Source: an uncultured Anaerolineaceae bacterium | GTDB lineage: Bacteria > Chloroflexota > Anaerolineae > Anaerolineales > E44-bin32 | Assembly (NCBI GenBank): GCA_964569445.1 | Contig: CAZMVJ010000002.1 | Coordinates: 1-41,777 of the forward strand | Reading direction: 5' to 3' | Length of the DNA stretch: 41,777 nt | In this document: positions 37,388-41,777 of the stretch, piece by piece | Layout: every line of letters begins with the position of its first letter | Position numbering within the stretch: position 1 is the first letter of the stretch | Position numbers and translations under genes: made by a program | Notes under the pieces: generated by a model | The model's database searches: none | Seen by the model: only the letters and a program-made list of their open reading frames with translations | What the model was told of the DNA's origin: nothing

Positions 37388-38293
37388 ATGCGTCTGATGG
37401 AACGGCTTATCGCCCTCCGCTACGGTATCGGCAGGGACACGGTGCTCAATGGCGGCACCCGCGAACCGCCGCCCACCCATTCGCCGGATCCGGAACGCCT
37501 CGGGGCGATCCTGGTCCACCTCAAGGCTCAGGCCGCTTCGACGAGATCGGATGGGTTCGACTACGGAGTCATGGCAGGAAGCAACGCTTATCAGGCCTAT
37601 CGCCTTTACGTCGGCGAACTGCGCTCCTTGGACCCGGAGGGGCTGGCCGGCCCTCAGCAGCAACTAGCCTTCTGGATCAACCTCTACAACGGCCTCATCC
37701 TCGACGCGGTCGTGCAGTGGAGTGTCCAGCGGAGCGTCCGCGAAGTAGCGGGGTTCTTCTGGCGTGCCGCCTACAACATCGGCGGCCTTCGCTACTCTGC
37801 AAACGACATCGAGAACGGTATCTTGCGGGCTAATCGGTCGCATCCAGCCGTCCCGGGCGTCCCGTTTGGCAGGTCCGACCCGCGCCGGAGATTCGGCCTG
37901 GATCGCCTAGATCCGCGAGTGCATTTCGCCCTCGTGTGCGCCTCGCGATCCTGTCCGCCGGTCGCCGTGTTCTCTCCGCTTCGGATCGACCAGCAGCTGG
38001 ATCAGGCGACGCGGTCCTTCCTTCGTGGGGGAGGAGTCGAGGTCGACCCCGTCCGGGGACGGATACGCCTCTCGCGTCTCTTCCAATGGTATGCCGGCGA
38101 CTTCGGCGCGGGATGGCTGGCCATCGGTGACAAGAGGCCGCTCCTTCGATTCGTCGCCCCCTATCTCGACCCGATCGACGCCAGGCTCGTCCTGGCACGC
38201 CGGCAATGGACCGTGGCCTTCACCAGGTACGACTGGTCCCTCAACGGCTTGTGGGAGGAGAAGGAAGCCCATCATGCCTCCAGCCCGAGATGA
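37388..38293 (+). CDS. DUF547-family protein.
   Basis: AFWINLYNGLILDAVVQ...HFALVCASRSCPP...LSRLFQWYAGDF. Confidence 0.8.
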   Translation: MRLMERLIALRYGIGRDTVLNGGTREPPPTHSPDPERLGAILVHLKAQAASTRSDGFDYGVMAGSNAYQAYRLYVGELRSLDPEGLAGPQQQLAFWINLYNGLILDAVVQWSVQRSVREVAGFFWRAAYNIGGLRYSANDIENGILRANRSHPAVPGVPFGRSDPRRRFGLDRLDPRVHFALVCASRSCPPVAVFSPLRIDQQLDQATRSFLRGGGVEVDPVRGRIRLSRLFQWYAGDFGAGWLAIGDKRPLLRFVAPYLDPIDARLVLARRQWTVAFTRYDWSLNGLWEEKEAHHASSPR

Positions 38294-38674
38294 ACCTGTA
38301 TCAGAGGCTGGCGGGCCGCTTCCCATTGGGGGACTCCGCCGGGTCCATCTTGTCGGTGCTGGATAGTCATCTGCGCATCTCTCCTCCGATTTACCCCAAC
38401 GTCCCCCGGGCGGTCCAGGGTGTCGTGGACTGATCGATGGCTAAGGAACCTGCCTCCAAGTACGCGCGGGCGGGAGATCTGGCGGCCCACGCCAAGGCGA
38501 TCACCAAAGGGTTGGAAGGTCCTCTTGGGGAAGGCGGGTGAACCGGGCGAGGATGTGCGAGGCCGCACATGAATGGCTCCCAACGACCCGAAGGTCGTAA
38601 GATCTGCGTGCACAACGTCGTCTTACTTGTGCCGGGCCCGTCCGGCTCTGCGTTCACCCGCCAGGAGGCATGGT

Positions 38675-38884
38675 ATGGATGAGAAAGGTCAGATGGAACT
38701 GAGTACTCACATCAAGGAACACGTGAGCTACCCGATCAGCAAGAAGGACTTCATGGCCAGCTGCGGGAATCTCGGCCATGTCCCAGGGGACACCAGGCAG
38801 TGGGTCGACAAGGCCCTGCCGGATCGCACGTATCAATCTGCGGAGGACATTTACCACGCGCTCAATCTGCCTCACCAGCATTAG
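38675..38884 (+). CDS. DUF2795-like small protein.
   Basis: SD AGGAGG 6 nt upstream. YPISKKDFMASC...ALPDRTYQSAEDIYHAL. Confidence 0.65.
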   Translation: MDEKGQMELSTHIKEHVSYPISKKDFMASCGNLGHVPGDTRQWVDKALPDRTYQSAEDIYHALNLPHQH

Positions 38885-38996
38885 CCGCCGACCCGACCGT
38901 AGCCCGTAGGGGGCGACTCCGCGGTCTTCACGCTGGGCAGAGAAGCGTCCCGCGGGGACACCCCGCAGTTGGCGCAAAGGGTCAAGAAGGCAACGG

Positions 38997-39025
38997 AAAG
39001 CCCGGCCTCTTGAGGGCCGGGCTTT
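38997..39025. terminator. Bidirectional rho-independent terminator between convergent genes.
   Basis: AAAGCCCGGCC-TCTTGA-GGGCCGGGCTTT, with an A-tract and a T-tract on the two sides. Confidence 0.7.
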
Positions 39026-39099
39026 CATCACCATGGTCAAACGGCCTCGAGGGAGGCAATCCCTCAGGAGCCGCTACTTGTCGCCGCGCCACTTGTCAT

Positions 39100-39516
39100 T
39101 CATAAGTTGAGAGTACGCCGCATGTCCTCGAACTGCTTCTTCGTGACCTCACCGCTCGCATAACGACGCTTCAGGATCTCCAGCGGAGTCTCTCTCGCCG
39201 TCGGCCCGCTTCCCAGACGCGATTCCTTACGCGACAGCGACAGCACGAACCAAACAACGCCGCCGATGATCAGTCCCACCAGCACCAACCCGAAGATCGG
39301 ACCCAAGAACGAAAAGCCCCACCAGCCGCCCGTCATTCCCGGGCCCATCATTCCAGGCCCCACACCTGGACTTGCGCCGAAGCGCAGCGCAGGTGCAAGT
39401 GTCATCCCCCAGCCATACCCCCGGCCCCAGCTGCCGGAGGCGATCAGCCCGGCCCCTACCAGGAGGATGAGAACTGACGCGATCACGATCCCGATGGCCC
39501 AGGCGCTTCTGCTCAT
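39100..39516 (-). CDS. Membrane protein with a Gly/Met/Trp-rich segment and a C-terminal SHOCT domain.
   Basis: TM helices at both ends of a GPGMMGPGMTGGWWG segment. C-terminal LEILKRRYASGEVTKKQFEDMRRTL. The start overlaps the upstream stop (ATGA). Confidence 0.75.
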   Translation of the reverse strand: MSRSAWAIGIVIASVLILLVGAGLIASGSWGRGYGWGMTLAPALRFGASPGVGPGMMGPGMTGGWWGFSFLGPIFGLVLVGLIIGGVVWFVLSLSRKESRLGSGPTARETPLEILKRRYASGEVTKKQFEDMRRTLNL

Positions 39517-39749
39517 CTCGTTTCGCCTCCGCTCATAGGATGCCCGTGTCTCGTCCCGGAGGTACCTGCGCTCTCCGGGGTCACGCCGAGGACCTGCCTC
39601 ATCTCTTCCAACTGGTCACGGGAAATCTCGCCGAGCGCATACCGGCGTCTCAGGATGTCGTGCAGCGCCTCCTCTTGCGGTCCACCAGTCACTGTCGTCG
39701 GGCCGGTGTGGGCCGTGTGATCCATAGCGTGCATCATCATGCAGCACAT
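39513..39749 (-). CDS. Small SHOCT-domain protein with a Cys/Met/His-rich N-terminus.
   Basis: MCCMMMHAMDHTAH..., then DILRRRYALGEISRDQLEEMRQVLG (SHOCT). Confidence 0.7.
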   Translation of the reverse strand: MCCMMMHAMDHTAHTGPTTVTGGPQEEALHDILRRRYALGEISRDQLEEMRQVLGVTPESAGTSGTRHGHPMSGGETR

Positions 39750-39910
39750 CGTTCACGCATCCTTTCTGCCTGGTTGATGGCAGGCAATCTGTAGTGATTT
39801 TCCCGATGTTGACCTGGCTATCCTTCGTGCTCGGAAGCCCGCCTGGCTTGGGGGAGAGCCGCTCAGCCGTAGAGTCTCCTCGCTTCTCAGCGGGACACCT
39901 CGCCACGTGG

Positions 39911-40120
39911 TCATTGCTCTTCCGTCCCGCCCATGGACCAGCCGACCGCCCCATAGCCGCAGGCGGGCAGGCAGTCGCCGCAGCCGTTGCAGCGCGTCGT
40001 CTCAATCCACGCTGGTCCGTCCGGATCGACCTTCGTGACGGCCCGAGTCACGCAAGCAAGGCTCGCCTCGCATGGCTCGCACATTTGGCAGCTGTCCCAC
40101 TCCGCAGAAGCGCGCAACAT
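39911..40120 (-). CDS. Small 2x[4Fe-4S]-ferredoxin-like protein.
   Basis: CQMCEPCEASLAC and CNGCGDCLPAC motifs. Start set at MLRASAEW, because the longer ORF start at 40258 lies inside an inverted repeat. Confidence 0.55.
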   Translation of the reverse strand: MLRASAEWDSCQMCEPCEASLACVTRAVTKVDPDGPAWIETTRCNGCGDCLPACGYGAVGWSMGGTEEQ

Positions 40121-40147
40121 ACCCCACCCGGTGCAGCCTGCCAACCT

Positions 40148-40259
40148 AGTGTCCCGTTCCGGAAGCAACTTGATTGTGTCTTTCCGTGGTGCTAAGGGGC
40201 GGAGCCTTTCGTGTGGACCGCTCGACGCCTTTGTCAACTTATCTCCGGAACGGGACACT
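40148..40259. repeat. Perfect 16-bp inverted repeat with an 80-nt spacer in the dsrE-like/ferredoxin-like intergenic region.
   Basis: AGTGTCCCGTTCCGGA at 40148-40163 and TCCGGAACGGGACACT at 40244-40259. Confidence 0.8.
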
Positions 40260-40262
40260 GGG

Positions 40263-40625
40263 TTAGAAGACCAGGACCTGGTCCGCCTCGAGAGTCCACT
40301 CGGCCAGCAAGTCCATGCTTCCGGTCCTTACGCCTTCGACAAACCGCTCAGGCTCGAGCCCGCGAGCCTCTTGACAAGTCCCTCAAGTCGCTACTTCCCC
40401 ACGCTGGGCGACGGACTTCAGCATCCGCTCGATGTTGTAGTAGCCCGTTGGTGTCTTCTGCCCGGCGATGGCGCAGTTGACCGCATCGGCCATGAGGAAG
40501 ACTCGTACCTTCGCCGACCTCTTGATCAGGGCCAGAGCGAGGCGAAGGGCGTTGTAGGGACGCTCACTCCCATAGGGGGCATCATTGATGACCAGGAGAA
40601 ACTGCTTGCTTGCATGTTCGTTCAT
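40263..40625 (-). CDS. DsrE-like protein with an in-frame UGA at 40383-40385. Candidate selenoprotein (U-G-T-C in place of C-G-T-C).
   Basis: The ORF track stops at ...VAQRGEVAT. Reading through gives U-GTCQEARGLEPERFVEGVRTGSMDLLAEWTLEADQVLVF and a TAA at 40263-40265. This restores the full-length DsrE fold and its active-site motif. Confidence 0.7.
40350..40369 (-). promoter_or_regulatory. SECIS-like hairpin downstream of the UGA at 40383-40385.
   Basis: The mRNA forms AGGCUCG-CGGGCU-CGAGCCU (7 bp). The apical loop starts 20 nt after the UGA and is G-rich. Confidence 0.55.
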
Positions 40626-40972
40626 CGTCTGTTTTCCCTTCCTAAGGCCCGTGCCAGGGCTGCGCCAGCTTCCAGATGCTCGACCAAGACTTCTCTCATC
40701 AGGTCACACGCCTTGACGATCTTCGGGCTGGCCAGGCGGTAGTACACGTTCAGACCCTCGCGCCGCGTGGTGACGATGCCCTTCTGTCTCATCAACGTCA
40801 GGTGCTGAGAAAGGTTGGGTTGGCTGATATCCAAGGCCTCGGCCAGATCGGTCACGGACATCTCGCCTTCCCGAAGGCGCTCAATCGCCTCGAGCCGCTT
40901 CGGGTGAGCGAGCGTCTGACAGATGCTGGCATGCAGGGCATATAGGTTCCGATCGGCCATGCCACACTCCAT
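40622..40972 (-). CDS. ArsR/SmtB-family transcriptional regulator carrying two Cys residues in BigR/SqrR-like positions.
   Basis: LAHPKRLEAIERLREGEMSVTDLAEALDISQPNLSQHLTLMRQKGIV wHTH domain. Cys in HASICQ and in KIVKACD. The stop overlaps the dsrE-like start (ATGA). An alternative start at 40960 has the SD GGAG. Confidence 0.85.
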   Translation of the reverse strand: MECGMADRNLYALHASICQTLAHPKRLEAIERLREGEMSVTDLAEALDISQPNLSQHLTLMRQKGIVTTRREGLNVYYRLASPKIVKACDLMREVLVEHLEAGAALARALGRENRR

Positions 40973-41260
40973 GCCTATATTAGGATTATCGCATATTGTA
41001 ATACTCTCCGCCTCCATGGTCAAGCGCCTGTTCTCAACGCCGTTGCCGCCCTGGCATGCTCTCGTGTCTATGGCCATGTACCGAATCCCCCGTTCTTGCG
41101 TCGACCAGGGCCTCCTCGTCGTGCTCCAGACACCGCACCCAAACGGGCTTCGCAATCCCGGGGAAGTCACACCGGATGTTTCTTCCGGGCCGAGGAGCTC
41201 TTGTAGGAGTGACGGTTCCACCGTAGGATTGCGAACGATCGTCAGTCATGAATTATGTCC

Positions 41261-41305
41261 GTTGCCTCGCCCCTGACGACGGTCAAGGGTCTGGCTCCGC
41301 CAGGC
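41261..41305 (+). repeat. Intergenic repeat family, copy C (5' module only).
   Basis: gttgcctcgcccctgacgacggtcaagggtctggctccgccaggc matches the first about 45 nt of copy B at about 38 of 45 positions by hand alignment. A distal CAAGACCCU (about 41481-41489) mirrors the copy A block at 1796-1804. Confidence 0.55.
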
Positions 41306-41527
41306 GAGCGAAAAGCAGCAGACCGAGGAACCTTCGGATGGCCATTCCCCTCTCGGACGGACCCACAACCCACACAAGATCAAACTCGCAAAGTATCGGC
41401 AAGGATCCAGCGCTTCCGCAGCACATAGATAGCTGGGGCAACCAGCACAGGATACGTGTTACGATGTCGTGCGAAACAAGACAAGACCCTATCCAGATGT
41501 TTTCCTTTCCAAAACGGAGGATCAACT

Positions 41528-41777
41528 ATGACCAACAGCCGATCCATTGAAACCCAGACTGTAAAGGCTCTGTCGTGGCAGATGCTCTATGGAAACTATC
41601 GCTCCAGGCTGGGCACCAACGGCTGGCATGAGCTGGCTCGCGAGGTCGGTGCACCCGATTTCCGCAAGATGGATTCCGATGAAGATTGCCTCATGCAGCC
41701 GTTCAACCAGGCTGTGCTCTGGATCGATCGTGTGCTGGGAGAGGATAATGGCGTGCTGATCGAAGAAATCGCCATCG
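41528..41777 (+). CDS. Hypothetical protein, with its 3' end beyond the window.
   Basis: ATG at 41528 preceded by the SD GGAGGA. The frame stays open to the window end (MTNSRSIETQTVKALSWQMLYG...). It is not in the ORF track because there is no stop. Confidence 0.55.
   Translation, partial: MTNSRSIETQTVKALSWQMLYGNYRSRLGTNGWHELAREVGAPDFRKMDSDEDCLMQPFNQAVLWIDRVLGEDNGVLIEEIAI

Noticed and set aside
39750-39755. In-frame TGA two codons upstream of the SHOCT gene start, considered as a third Sec candidate.
   Set aside because: The upstream in-frame sequence has no start codon, no recognisable domain and no redox motif around the TGA. The ATG at 39749 has a plausible ribosome-binding site.
39890-39913. 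Read-through of the TGA stop of the ferredoxin-like gene.
   Set aside because: A second TGA follows after only seven codons, and the protein is already complete at its C-terminus.
40121-40258. The long version of the ferredoxin-like ORF starting at GTG 40258.
   Set aside because: The start lies inside the right arm of the 16-bp inverted repeat. The extra 46 residues are Arg/Pro/Lys-rich with no motif, and an ATG (40120) directly precedes the Cys clusters.

Overview
This is a GC-rich bacterial chromosomal window with about 50 protein genes, Shine-Dalgarno-type ribosome-binding sites and many lipoproteins. The taxon cannot be fixed from sequence alone. No rRNA, tRNA, CRISPR array, transposase or integrase was recognised.

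Gene content, left to right:
- A partial sthA-like flavoprotein and an orphan 3' stump of a heavy-metal P-type ATPase.
- A minus-strand respiratory cluster: cupredoxin, GltD-like Fe-S flavoprotein, split cytochrome b, Rieske protein and a triheme cytochrome c.
- A YHS-domain gene.
- A CusRS-like two-component system whose predicted direct-repeat operator recurs in front of a small acidic secreted protein and a lipoprotein / 2x ATPase / fused double-FtsX ABC operon.
- A sulfatase-like membrane protein.
- An ECF sigma factor with two zf-HC2 anti-sigma proteins, a second acidic protein built from 57-bp tandem repeats, a lipoprotein and a histidine kinase.
- A roughly 15-kb thiol/soft-metal redox region from about 25.9 to 41.2 kb.

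The most interesting signals are in that redox region:
- **Two hidden selenoproteins.** Two genes that the ORF track splits or truncates at TGA read as selenoproteins. One is a Prx-like2 protein with U-x-x-C, the other a DsrE-like protein with U-G-T-C. Each has a SECIS-like hairpin at the expected distance.
- **Regulator-linked operons.** One sits in a merA-csoR operon with a CsoR/RcnR-type operator but no merR/T/P. The other sits in an ArsR-headed operon with a ferredoxin-like protein and two SHOCT proteins.
- **A triple fusion.** A single 644-aa ORF joins a YjeF_N domain, a glutaredoxin-like domain and a thioredoxin reductase.
- **An unclassified repeat.** An intergenic repeat or structured-RNA family occurs in at least three same-strand copies.
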